Shown here piece by piece: positions 20,332-29,255 of a stretch of 53,812 nt of DNA. The position numbers and the translations under genes are program-made. Under the pieces are notes generated by a model. It did no database searches, had not been told where the DNA came from, and saw only the letters and a list, made by a program, of their open reading frames with translations. Position 1 is the first letter of the stretch; the number at the start of each line of letters is the position of its first letter. Origin of the DNA: an uncultured Dehalococcoidia bacterium (lineage in GTDB: Bacteria; Chloroflexota; Dehalococcoidia; DSTF01; JACRBR01); NCBI GenBank assembly GCA_964371095.1, contig CAYJMJ010000002.1:56-53867 (forward strand), read 5' to 3'.

Positions 20332-21326
20332 AAAACATGCATTCTGACACCCGCCAGCCTTCACCGCGCGTCGCGGCAGCCCTCGCGTCGATGGCGGTCT
20401 TGATGCTCGTCGCCGCGTGCAACACGAGCGGACTTTCGCAGCAGCCCCGCGCGACGTTCAGCAAGCTGGCATGCCTGGACGAGAACGGCGACCATCGCCT
20501 CAACCAGGCGGACGCCATCGACGTGTCCGCCGTCCCCGACTTCAACGGCGATCACAAGCACGACGCGAATGACGCCGCGTTCTTCTCCGACATCGACCTC
20601 CAATTGGATCCGCCAACGCAGGCCGACGTCTGCAAGAAAGGCTCGGAGGTCGGCCCCGAATACGAAGTCGCGCACGGCTACTTTGAACCGGCGGACGTCT
20701 CGTGCGACGGCGGCGCGCAGCCGGTGCTGCTGGTCGGCGTCGGCGGCGGAGTTAAGGACCTCACCGACAAGGGCGACGCCGCGGGCGTCCGCAGCATCAT
20801 CGACGGAATACAGCGATCGTACGACGCACGCGGCATCGACACGATCGCCGTCATCGCCGGGCCCGCGATAGCGGGCGCCGCACAGCCGAATCCAGCGATG
20901 GAACAGTGGATGACGAACGCCGTCCAGATCTACTTCGACCGCTACCCCTGCATTCGAGCCGTCCTCGTCGGCCACAGCCACGGCGGCGTAACGGTGGACG
21001 TGATCGCGGCGCGCCTCGAGGACCGATACGCGGCCCGGTTCATCGATGTCGTCGAACTCGACCGCGTCGAATTCGCCTACTCGGGCGACACGCAGTCGAA
21101 GCCGAAGCTCGCGCACGTCCTCAGCATCTTCGAGACCAACAGCGGCATGCTCAACGGTGTACCGTACACCGGCGCGCCGAATGCGGAGCTGTGGGATGCG
21201 AGCGGCGAGTCAGGCCCCGAACGTGGCGACAAGGGCGGTGCCCTGAAGCAGGTCGTCCACACCACGATCGACAACTCCGCGTCCGTTAAAGGGCGCATCA
21301 TCGACGATGTCATGCGCCGCTCGTAG
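20328..21326 (+). CDS. Lipoprotein with two Ca-binding (dockerin/EF-hand-like) loops and an alpha/beta hydrolase domain (start 20328 or 20337)
   Basis: Lipobox LVAAC; DENGDHRLNQAD and DFNGDHKHDAND; GHSHGG nucleophile elbow; late His in VVHTTID. Confidence 0.75.
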   Translation: MKNMHSDTRQPSPRVAAALASMAVLMLVAACNTSGLSQQPRATFSKLACLDENGDHRLNQADAIDVSAVPDFNGDHKHDANDAAFFSDIDLQLDPPTQADVCKKGSEVGPEYEVAHGYFEPADVSCDGGAQPVLLVGVGGGVKDLTDKGDAAGVRSIIDGIQRSYDARGIDTIAVIAGPAIAGAAQPNPAMEQWMTNAVQIYFDRYPCIRAVLVGHSHGGVTVDVIAARLEDRYAARFIDVVELDRVEFAYSGDTQSKPKLAHVLSIFETNSGMLNGVPYTGAPNAELWDASGESGPERGDKGGALKQVVHTTIDNSASVKGRIIDDVMRRS

Positions 21327-21567
21327 GTCGACGACACACACATCGGCACTCACCGTGGCCCGGCGGTATCGAGGCCGCTGATCGCGGACTTGCATGCGAC
21401 ACGCCGCCCGTGCGGCGCCGCCGTGATTACGGCTGTGCGAGTCTGGCGGCACACATTGCAATGCCTTTGTCATGTTCCCCCGCAAGCCGGGCCCGGCTCC
21501 ACTTCGCTACGATCGAAAGGCGAGTTGCGTCGCGGGAGCCTGGACTCCCGCCCAAACGGAGGTGTGT

Positions 21568-21807
21568 ATGAAGTTGCTCCGAAGGCAACGCGACGATGAA
21601 GAGCCGAGAGCGGAAATCGAGGCAGACGAACCGGTCTGTGAACACGTTACGCTCGTCCCGAAGTGGGACAACGCGCGGGACATCGGCCGCGTCGATCAGG
21701 TCTCAGGATATCGGTGCGAGGCCTGCGGCGCCGAGTTCACACCGGACGAAGCAGTGAAGCTGCGCGAGACGGAGGCAGCTCGCGTCCAGCGTCGCATCGC
21801 CAGTTAG
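21568..21807 (+). CDS. Small putative zinc-binding protein (CxH...CxxC)
   Basis: Strong GGAGGT RBS before ATG 21568; VCEHV...YRCEACG. Confidence 0.75.
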   Translation: MKLLRRQRDDEEPRAEIEADEPVCEHVTLVPKWDNARDIGRVDQVSGYRCEACGAEFTPDEAVKLRETEAARVQRRIAS

Positions 21808-22174
21808 CCCGCGCCGTGACGGTGACGGACCGGCGGCCGAGGACGCCGGCCAGGACGTATACGACGTTCCGTCCGGCGCCGTCCGCCGGAGCTTCCGTCA
21901 CGGTTGGTGCCAGTCGAGTGTCCCGGTTCCGGGGCCGCATCGCCCGGATAGAGCGCTCTCACGCGCGCCCGCCGCCGTGATCTGGTAAGATGGCACTACC
22001 TTCCTCGTCGCAGTCTCCTGTTCGCCGCGGTTTTTCCGACGCACTCGACGACTCCATCGACTCGAGGTGCCGGGCATGTTGCCTGGCAGGAATACCGCGT
22101 AGAAACGTCGAGGTTCGCCGGGCAACCTTACCGCCCGATCAGCGAGCATACCCTTGACGATAGGAGACACACAC

Positions 22175-22390
22175 ATGGCAACCGGACAGATCAAGCGGCT
22201 CGCGCGCGACCGGGGCTTCGGCTTCATTCGGCCCGACGGCGACACGGAAGACATCTTCTTCCACACCTCGGCGGTGCAGGGCGGCATCTTCGACTCTCTC
22301 CAGGAGGGGCAGACCGTCGAATTCGACAAGGGCGCCGACGACCGCGACCCGCGCAAGAGCCGTGCGCTCAACGTCCGCGTCGCGAGCTAG
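22175..22390 (+). CDS. csp: Cold-shock domain protein (CspA family)
   Basis: AGGAG RBS; RGFGFI and DIFFHTS RNP motifs. Confidence 0.95.
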   Translation: MATGQIKRLARDRGFGFIRPDGDTEDIFFHTSAVQGGIFDSLQEGQTVEFDKGADDRDPRKSRALNVRVAS

Positions 22391-22413
22391 GTCAGCTCCA
22401 ACGCAACGACGGC

Positions 22414-22490
22414 CGCCGAAGCCAGGGGCTTCGGCGTGATCGACGCATCGACCGAGCGGCGGAAGAGTTCTCTTCCGCCGCTCGTCGTTC
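22414..22490 (+). terminator. Two tandem hairpins after csp
   Basis: CGCCGAAGCC/GGCTTCGGCG (22414-22436) and a 15-bp perfect inverted repeat CGAGCGGCGGAAGAG/CTCTTCCGCCGCTCG (22453-22484). Confidence 0.6.
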
Positions 22491-22536
22491 CCGCCGACAG
22501 CCATTGGCCACGAATCGAGACTGAAGCGGAGGGCGA

Positions 22537-22965
22537 ATGACCACGACGAATCGCATCATCTCAATCGAAACCCAACGGGTTCACTCCGCATCTCACGAGG
22601 TCATCGTTGCCGTCCGGACACGTGATGAGGCAGCCGTCGATGACGAACGCTGGACGGTGCAGACCGTGCTACAGGCGATGGACCGCGCCGAGCGCTTCTA
22701 CAGCCAGGCTCCGAACGGGCGGCGGGCAAGAGTGCAACGATACGCCTGTGCCGGCTGTCGCCAGGAGCATATCCGCACGCACATCAGCGACGCGGCCATC
22801 CACGACTTGACGATGCTCCCGCATGCCGGCGGCGCGCCCGTCGCTACGTCAGTGGCGGGAGTGCGAGGGAGTCGAACCCTCCCGACGACGCGCAGGCGCC
22901 ATCGCAACGGTTTTGAAGACCGCGAGACCCACCGGGACCCATCCACTCCCGATGGCACGGTATAG
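22537..22965 (+). CDS. Hypothetical protein resembling DUF3892; its 3' end runs antisense through selC
   Basis: GGAGGG RBS; pattern HEVI..WT...V......FY....G.RA.V...CxxC...IRT....HDL.MLP resembles DUF3892 from memory. Confidence 0.55.
   Translation: MTTTNRIISIETQRVHSASHEVIVAVRTRDEAAVDDERWTVQTVLQAMDRAERFYSQAPNGRRARVQRYACAGCRQEHIRTHISDAAIHDLTMLPHAGGAPVATSVAGVRGSRTLPTTRRRHRNGFEDRETHRDPSTPDGTV
22853..22950 (-). tRNA. selC: tRNA-Sec (anticodon UCA)
   Basis: 98 nt GGGAGTGG...GCGGT-CTTCAAA-ACCGT...GAGGG-TTCGACT-CCCTC-GCACTCCC-G-CCA; 6-bp D stem with 4-nt loop, 9-bp extra arm, G discriminator, encoded CCA; anticodon at 22914-22916. Confidence 0.95.
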
Positions 22966-23034
22966 GTTCTCGGGTTCAGGTTCCAGGCGTCCGGCAGTGG
23001 CGCACCTCGATGCCTCGTGCCGGGTTCCGCGCCG

Positions 23035-24237
23035 CTACGTTGGCGGTGTGCCGCCGGCGTCCTGCTCGATCACGTGCTCGAGGATAGCCAGCCCCTGCTC
23101 CAGCTCCTCGTCCGTGACCGTGAGCGGCGGCACGATGCGCACGGCGTTCGGCCGCACGTTGTTGAGAATGAGCCCGTTGGCCAGCGCGTCGTTCGTCAGC
23201 CGCTCGCCGATGTCGCCGGTGAACTGCACCGCCCACATCAGTCCCTTGCCGCGCACCGCCGTCACGTTGGGGAAGCGATCCACCAGTGAGTTGAGTCGCC
23301 GCTCGACGATCTTGCCCTTGCGCGCCACGTCGGCCGGCAGGTTGGTGTCGATCATGAACTTCATCACTTCGTAGCCGACGCGCGTCGTCAGCGGCTCGCC
23401 GCCGTACGTGCTGCCGTGGTCGCCCGGCGTGAATACCGCCGCGTGCTCCTTCGCCAGGAACGCCGACAGCGGCACGCCGCCGCCGATGCCCTTGCCGAGC
23501 GTCATGATGTCCGGCTCCGCGCCGAACAGTTCGTACGCAAAGAGCGTCCCCAGGCGGCCGCAGCCCGTCTGCACCTCGTCGAGAATGAGCAGGATGTTCT
23601 GCTCGTCGCACCACGCGCGCAGCTCTTTGAAGTAGCCGTCGTCCGGCACGATGATGCCGCCCTCGCCCTGGATCGGCTCCAGGAAGACGCCGACGGTCTT
23701 GCTCGTCGTCGCCCGCTTCACCGCGTCGACGTCGTTGAATGGCACGTGGACGAAGCCCTCGGGCAGCGGCGTGAACGGCGCCTTGTAGCGCTCGGTGCCG
23801 CCGGCCGTGATCATCTGCAGCGTGCGGCCGTGGAACGCGTCGAATGCCGAGATGATCTCGTACGCGCCCTGCCGGTGCTCCTTGCCCCACTTCCGCGCGA
23901 GCTTGAGCGCGCCCTCGTTCGCCTCCGCGCCGCTGTTCATGAAGAACACGCGGTCGAAGCATGAGTTCTCGATCAGCAGCTCGGCCAGCTGGAGCTGCGG
24001 AATGGAATAGAACTGCGTCGATACGTGGATCAGTTTCTGCGCCTGGTCGATGAGCGCGTTGACGATGACCGGATGTGAGTGCCCAAGGTTGATCGTAGCC
24101 GGGCCGCCGAAGAAATCGAGGTACTGCTTCCCATTCTCGTCCCAGAGATGCGTGCCCTCTCCGCGTACCGCGAGCAGGTTCATCCGCCTGCCGGGGTGCA
24201 TGAAGTATTTCGCCTCTTTGGCGCGCCAGTCAGTCAT
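23035..24237 (-). CDS. argD: Acetylornithine aminotransferase (class III PLP)
   Basis: NSGAEANEGALKLARK, FHGRT, EPIQGEGG, DEVQTG.GR.G, TLGKGIGGG, HGSTYGG. Confidence 0.88.
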   Translation of the reverse strand: MTDWRAKEAKYFMHPGRRMNLLAVRGEGTHLWDENGKQYLDFFGGPATINLGHSHPVIVNALIDQAQKLIHVSTQFYSIPQLQLAELLIENSCFDRVFFMNSGAEANEGALKLARKWGKEHRQGAYEIISAFDAFHGRTLQMITAGGTERYKAPFTPLPEGFVHVPFNDVDAVKRATTSKTVGVFLEPIQGEGGIIVPDDGYFKELRAWCDEQNILLILDEVQTGCGRLGTLFAYELFGAEPDIMTLGKGIGGGVPLSAFLAKEHAAVFTPGDHGSTYGGEPLTTRVGYEVMKFMIDTNLPADVARKGKIVERRLNSLVDRFPNVTAVRGKGLMWAVQFTGDIGERLTNDALANGLILNNVRPNAVRIVPPLTVTDEELEQGLAILEHVIEQDAGGTPPT

Positions 24238-24315
24238 CTCGGGCCTCCATCAGCCGGCAGAATACCAGATGTGCGTATGCGCGCCGGATGGCGCAGCGGG
24301 CGCTCGACGGCGCGG

Positions 24316-25635
24316 TCAGGCGTCGCGGATCGCGTACAGCCGCACCGGGTCGGTGATGCCCCGCAGCGCGTGCTCCTCGCGGTCGTCGAAGCCGACACCG
24401 GCTGACGTGCGCGCGAGCCCGCGGACGACGTCGGACACGAGGATCTCGCCCGCGCTCGAATGCGCCGCGATGCGGGCGGCGATGTTGACCGCGCCGCCGT
24501 ACACGTTGTTTCCATCGCGAATGACGTCGCCAGCGTGGATGCCGAGGTGCAGCTGCAACCCCATCTCGGCGGCGGCGTCGCGGCAGCGCCGCGCGGCGTC
24601 GATCGCCTGCCGCGCCGACGTGAACACGGCCATCACGCCGTCTCCGAGCACCTTGCCCTCGACCGCCGTGCCCCCGCCGTCACGGATAACCGCGCGAAGC
24701 GCGTCATCGAGTTGGCGCGCGCGTTCTCCAAATGCGGCGTCCCCGAGCTGCTCCGTCAGCGAAGTGGAGTCGACGATGTCGGTGAACAGGATAGAGAGCG
24801 TCGTGTGCGGTACCTCGGCCGCCGGATGGATCAGCTCCTGCCCGTCGTGCAGGAACGACCAGATGGCCGCCATCTCCTGTGCGTTCGCGGCGTCCATTGG
24901 GCCGTCGATCATCGCCAGCCGGGCGTTCGGAATCGATGCCGCGAGGTTGCGGGCCGCGTCGAACGACCGCGCCGGACCGCCGGTGCGCGCCACCACGAGC
25001 GTCGGCGTCATGATGAGCGGCGGAAGTTCGGCCACGCGCCAGCCGCGAATCTGTTGAATAAACGCCCGCAACGTCTCGGGCGACGTGCAGGCGCGCATGA
25101 TCGCCGCGACTTCGTGCGCCATCGGATCGCTCGACCAGCCGAGGACGGCGTGCGTCAGCGTCTCCGTGGCCAGCTCCCAGTTCTTCTCGCCGAGCGCGAG
25201 GATGGCGTCGATCTCCTCGTCCGGCACGCCCTCCGCGGTCGCGTAGGCGCTGAGCGCGAGATGGCTCACGCGGTCGGTGTGCGCGGCGGTGTAGGCCAAC
25301 GCGATCGGAATGGCGATCCCGGCGGTCGTCATCTGGAACTTCGCGAACCCCAGGTGGTCAACGACCGCTTCAAGATCGAGCACCAGCTTGTCGAGCGAGA
25401 AGTCGGTGACGTCGCGCTGCGACAGTCCGAAGCCGCGCGCGTCGTACGAGACGTACGTCCTGCCCTGAGCGAGTCCGCCGAAGATGTCGCGCGCGAATTC
25501 AGCCTGCCACACGAGCCGCAGGTGAGACACCGGCAGCGTCGGCACGCGCACCAGCGGCGGTCCGTCGCCGGTGACCGCGTAGGCGATGCTGACGCCGTCG
25601 GCGGTGGTCACGTACTGGATACGGGGCTCCGGCAT
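24316..25635 (-). CDS. Alpha/beta-hydrolase-fold domain fused to a class III adenylate/guanylate cyclase (LipJ-like architecture)
   Basis: YDARGFGLSQR in the N-domain; ILFTDIVDST, KVLGDG, GIHAG, VNIAARI in the cyclase domain; TAGGAT 6 nt before ATG 25635. Confidence 0.9.
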   Translation of the reverse strand: MPEPRIQYVTTADGVSIAYAVTGDGPPLVRVPTLPVSHLRLVWQAEFARDIFGGLAQGRTYVSYDARGFGLSQRDVTDFSLDKLVLDLEAVVDHLGFAKFQMTTAGIAIPIALAYTAAHTDRVSHLALSAYATAEGVPDEEIDAILALGEKNWELATETLTHAVLGWSSDPMAHEVAAIMRACTSPETLRAFIQQIRGWRVAELPPLIMTPTLVVARTGGPARSFDAARNLAASIPNARLAMIDGPMDAANAQEMAAIWSFLHDGQELIHPAAEVPHTTLSILFTDIVDSTSLTEQLGDAAFGERARQLDDALRAVIRDGGGTAVEGKVLGDGVMAVFTSARQAIDAARRCRDAAAEMGLQLHLGIHAGDVIRDGNNVYGGAVNIAARIAAHSSAGEILVSDVVRGLARTSAGVGFDDREEHALRGITDPVRLYAIRDA

Positions 25636-25678
25636 GGGCACATCCTAGCACTCTGGCCGGGCGGCCTGCGCTTCGTCC

Positions 25679-26899
25679 TCAGCCGAGGAGTTCGTCGATG
25701 TGCTCGCGGATTTTCACGACCCCGTCGCAGATGTCGTCCATGTCCGCCGCGGTACCGAGGAAGACCTCGTGGGGGAGCCAGATCATCTCGTTGTACGAGG
25801 CCCGCTCCGCGACCGGACAGCGCGTCTCGCTGTAGTCGACCTCGATGGGCGCGTCGCGCCAGGCGAAGAGCGGCGTCTTGTACACGGGCGTGTAGAACGA
25901 CGTGTAGAGGTGCACACCCTCCGCGTGGAGCGCCCGGGCGAAGCGATCGCGCGAGGCGCCGCGCCACGCCTGCTCGTCGTAGCGAAGGATGATGCCGTAC
26001 CCGGACCGCGTCGTCTGGCGCTCGTCGTGCCGCAGCGTGCTGACGCCCTCGATCTCGGCGACGCGCTCCTCGAAACGGGCGATGTTCGCGTTGCGGCGTT
26101 CGATCTGCTCGGGCAGCCGCTCGAGCTGCGCGAGCAGCACGGCCGCCTGGAACTCCGTGATGCGGTAGTTCCAGCCGAGCATCGTCCCCTCGGACGCCTG
26201 CCGATCGCTGGTCTTGACCCGGCCCGAGTTCACGTATCCATGGCAGCGCTCTTCGAGTGCCTCGTCGTTCGTGATGATGATCCCGCCCTCGCCGCACGTC
26301 ATCAGCTTCGACGACTGGAAGCTGAAACAGCCGAGGTCGCCGAGCGTGCCCACGCCGCGTCCGCGCCAGAACCCGCCGTGCATGTGCGCGCAATCCTCGA
26401 TGACCTTGAGGTCGTGCGCCCGCGCGATTTCGCCAATGCGATCCATGTCCGCCATCCGCGAGCCGAGGTGCACCGGCAGGATCGCCCGCGTGTCGGGCGT
26501 GATCGCCCGCTCGATGAGATTGGCGTCGATGCACCACGTCTCCGGATCGATGTCGACGAAGACGGGCTTGAAGCCCTGGACGAGCGCGGCGAACGCCGTC
26601 GCATAGAAGGTGAGCGCGGGTACCAGTACCTCGTCGCCGCGCTCCAGTCCCGCCGCGCGGAGCGAGACCTCGAGCGCCGTCGTCCCTCCGGTGGTGCAGA
26701 TGCCGTACTTGGCGCCGTGATAGGCGGCGAAGCGCTCCGCGAACTCCCCGGCCATCACGTTCGGTGAGGGGAAGCCGCCCCAGTTGCCGCTTTCGAGCAC
26801 GCGTTGCAGGTTGCGCAGCTCGCGCTCGTCGTGCTGTGGCCAAGCGGGCCATGGTGCGGTGCGTATCGGCGTGCCGCCGCGGACGGCAAGTGCTGGCAT
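25679..26899 (-). CDS. DegT/DnrJ/EryC1/StrS family PLP aminotransferase
   Basis: GTTAL, GDEVLVP, PVFVDID, IEDCAHMHG, SFQSSKLMTCGEGG (PLP Lys), GWNYRITEFQAA. Confidence 0.93.
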   Translation of the reverse strand: MPALAVRGGTPIRTAPWPAWPQHDERELRNLQRVLESGNWGGFPSPNVMAGEFAERFAAYHGAKYGICTTGGTTALEVSLRAAGLERGDEVLVPALTFYATAFAALVQGFKPVFVDIDPETWCIDANLIERAITPDTRAILPVHLGSRMADMDRIGEIARAHDLKVIEDCAHMHGGFWRGRGVGTLGDLGCFSFQSSKLMTCGEGGIIITNDEALEERCHGYVNSGRVKTSDRQASEGTMLGWNYRITEFQAAVLLAQLERLPEQIERRNANIARFEERVAEIEGVSTLRHDERQTTRSGYGIILRYDEQAWRGASRDRFARALHAEGVHLYTSFYTPVYKTPLFAWRDAPIEVDYSETRCPVAERASYNEMIWLPHEVFLGTAADMDDICDGVVKIREHIDELLG

Positions 26900-27105
26900 G
26901 GAGGAAGCGTATAGCGACCGGGGAGTTCGAACTAGCCAGGCGCTGCGAACGCCGATCCCATCCGTGGCGCGGGCTTTCACGCGCGTTCTGCCGGTCCAAC
27001 GTGCGCCTCTAGCGGCTGGCCATGGGGTCGGTCATCGAATTTCTCAGCGCCCTGCTAGGACTCGCATCTTGTCAGGGCGTTCGTCCGCGCATGCCCCGGC
27101 CGGCC

Positions 27106-28497
27106 TCACCGCTCGCACCGCCGCACCGGCTCCACCCACACCGTGCCGCCTTCGGTCTCGATGCTGCGGGCGTAGAGCGACGTAATCTCGTCCTTCCAGG
27201 CGACGCGGAACAGGCGATCCTCGGCTGTGACGAGGACAGCCGGCGGGCAGGCGAGGAGGTCCTGCCTGACCTGTTCTCCCCATTCCGGCCGTACGACCAA
27301 CGGTACGTCGAAGAAGAAGCGTCGCGTCGGCATCCGGCCGGCGTGCACGTACGGCTGCGAGTGGTCGCCGAGCAAGTAGAACTCACCGTCCGTGGCGTCG
27401 ATGGCGCTCTGCGCTGCGCCGAGCGGGTGGTGCAGCCGGTCGTAGTCGCGGACCAGCGGCACGAAGCCGATGGAGAGCGGCAGGAGCGCCAGCGCGGACC
27501 CGACGGCGAGCGCCGCCCGGCCTGCCCGGTAGTCGACGACGCGGTCGAGACCGCGCCCGGCGAGCAGCGCCGCCGGCGGCAGCAAAAGGACGTAGTAGTG
27601 GTTGAACTGCTGCCCGGAAAGCTTCGTCGCGGCGAGTCCGCAGGCGCCGAAGAGTAGCAGCCTCGCGTCAGTGCGGCGCAGGGCGCCGCCGGCGGCCGCG
27701 CACCAGAGCGGCAGCGAGCCGATCAGCACCGGCGCCGGGATCGTGAACAGCGTGCGCAGGTGGTCGGCACCCGAAGCCCGTCCATAGCCGAGGTTGAAAT
27801 CGATGTTGGCGGTCCAGTAGTCGCGCCAGATCGGCGCGAACGGCGCCGAGACCGTGGCGCAGACGGCCGCCATCGCGAGCGCCGATTTCCATGCGTCGCG
27901 CTTCCAGGCGAGCCAGAGCATCGGCGCGAACAGCAACGCCATGGGCTTCGTCATGGCGGCGATGCCGAGCAACGCGCCGGCGGCGAGCGGCGACGGCGCC
28001 GCGAGCGCCGCGACGAGCGGCAGCAGCGCGAACGCCTCGAGATTGGCGCGGACGCTCAATCCGGTGTTCGCCAGCATCAACGCGAACGAGACGACCGCGA
28101 GCGTTGCCGCGCGCCCGTCGAGCCAGCGCCGCGCGATGAACGCGAACACGGGCACCGAGGCGGCGAGAAGCAGCGCCGCAAGCGCGCGCTGAAGCTCGAT
28201 GCTGCCGCCGAGTGCCGAGGGCAGGTACCAGACATAAGCGAGCGGCGGCTTGTGGTCGAACAGGTCGCGATACGGCCACCGCCCGTGGACCATGCCGGTG
28301 GACACGATGCGGTACACCGCCTCGTCGGGCGTGAGCGGCTGGAGCGCGCCCAGCAGCGTCAGCCAGGCGAACAGCGCCGCCGCCAGCACGACGACGAGTC
28401 GGTGTGCGCGCCACGTGGCTCTCGCGGCGGTGCGCAGGCCGCCCGCGTGCGGTGCGTTCTGGGCGGATCCGTACAGTGCCGGCGAGGAAATACCCAT
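27106..28497 (-). CDS. GT-C fold membrane glycosyltransferase (ArnT/PMT-like)
   Basis: TM1 followed by PDEAVY; PYRDLFDHKPP; TKP; HYY; many transmembrane segments. Confidence 0.8.
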   Translation of the reverse strand: MGISSPALYGSAQNAPHAGGLRTAARATWRAHRLVVVLAAALFAWLTLLGALQPLTPDEAVYRIVSTGMVHGRWPYRDLFDHKPPLAYVWYLPSALGGSIELQRALAALLLAASVPVFAFIARRWLDGRAATLAVVSFALMLANTGLSVRANLEAFALLPLVAALAAPSPLAAGALLGIAAMTKPMALLFAPMLWLAWKRDAWKSALAMAAVCATVSAPFAPIWRDYWTANIDFNLGYGRASGADHLRTLFTIPAPVLIGSLPLWCAAAGGALRRTDARLLLFGACGLAATKLSGQQFNHYYVLLLPPAALLAGRGLDRVVDYRAGRAALAVGSALALLPLSIGFVPLVRDYDRLHHPLGAAQSAIDATDGEFYLLGDHSQPYVHAGRMPTRRFFFDVPLVVRPEWGEQVRQDLLACPPAVLVTAEDRLFRVAWKDEITSLYARSIETEGGTVWVEPVRRCER

Positions 28498-28584
28498 GAC
28501 GCATACATTGTCGGGCGCCCGCAGCCCCGCGCGCAGCCGGCTCCCGGGTGCTGCCACCCGGCCTGAAGCTCGGAGAGGTCGGGT

Positions 28585-29163
28585 TCAACTCCCGCGGAAG
28601 GCGGCGAGGAAAAAGTCCGCGATGGCGTCGCAGGCGCGCGGCAGACCGCGGCTACGAACCAGTTCGGCCATGCTGCCTGAATGGAAGATCGACTCCAGCG
28701 CGGCGACGGCGACCTGGGCGTCCAGGTCGGCACGGAACGTGCCGGCGGCCTTCCCGCGGCGCAGCAGGTCGCTCATCAGCGACTTGAACTCGTCGATGGA
28801 CTCCCCGGCGCCAGGAAGGCCGCCGGCCATCGCCACGTCCACGAGCGCGCCGAACCGCTCGAATTTCTCTCCTGATGCATGGATGATCGCCCGAAACGCC
28901 CCTTCGGGCGGCTGGTCCCGGACGGCGGAGCGGAAGCGGCCCAGCATCTCCTCCCGCGTCTCGCGAATGAGCGCGGCGAGCAGGTCGTCGCGGTTGTCGA
29001 AGTGCCGGTACAGCGTCCCGACCCCGACGTTCGCCCGCGCCGCGACGTCCTTCATCTCAGCTTCGAGGCCCCGCGCGGCGAACACCTCGCGGGCGGCGTC
29101 CAGGATGCGCAGCCGGTTCGCCGCGGCATCGGCGCGTCTGGTACGCTCAGAGGTGGTCCCCAT
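28585..29163 (-). CDS. TetR family regulator divergent from the MMPL transporter
   Basis: RADAAANRLRILDAA...VGVGTLYRHF; TATGAT 6 nt before ATG 29163. Confidence 0.92.
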   Translation of the reverse strand: MGTTSERTRRADAAANRLRILDAAREVFAARGLEAEMKDVAARANVGVGTLYRHFDNRDDLLAALIRETREEMLGRFRSAVRDQPPEGAFRAIIHASGEKFERFGALVDVAMAGGLPGAGESIDEFKSLMSDLLRRGKAAGTFRADLDAQVAVAALESIFHSGSMAELVRSRGLPRACDAIADFFLAAFRGS

Positions 29164-29169
29164 AACCGG

Positions 29170-29217
29170 ATCATAACACGGATCGGTCTTGAGGGAACCG
29201 GAACTCCGGTTCATACT
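29170..29217. promoter_or_regulatory. Divergent promoters with a perfect TetR-type operator
   Basis: Plus strand TTGAGG (29189-29194), 17 nt, CATACT (29212-29217); inverted repeat GAACCGGA-AC-TCCGGTTC (29195-29212) fills the spacer; minus strand TG-n-TATGAT at 29170-29178. Confidence 0.75.
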
Positions 29218-29255
29218 AGGACCGTCGGCTCGCATTCCCCACGAGGACCCGCCGC

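Noticed and set aside
17430-22852. Genomic island integrated at the selC 3' end
   Set aside because: No integrase, and I found no direct repeat of the tRNA 3' end; ACTCCCGCC near 21544 is short and in the wrong orientation.
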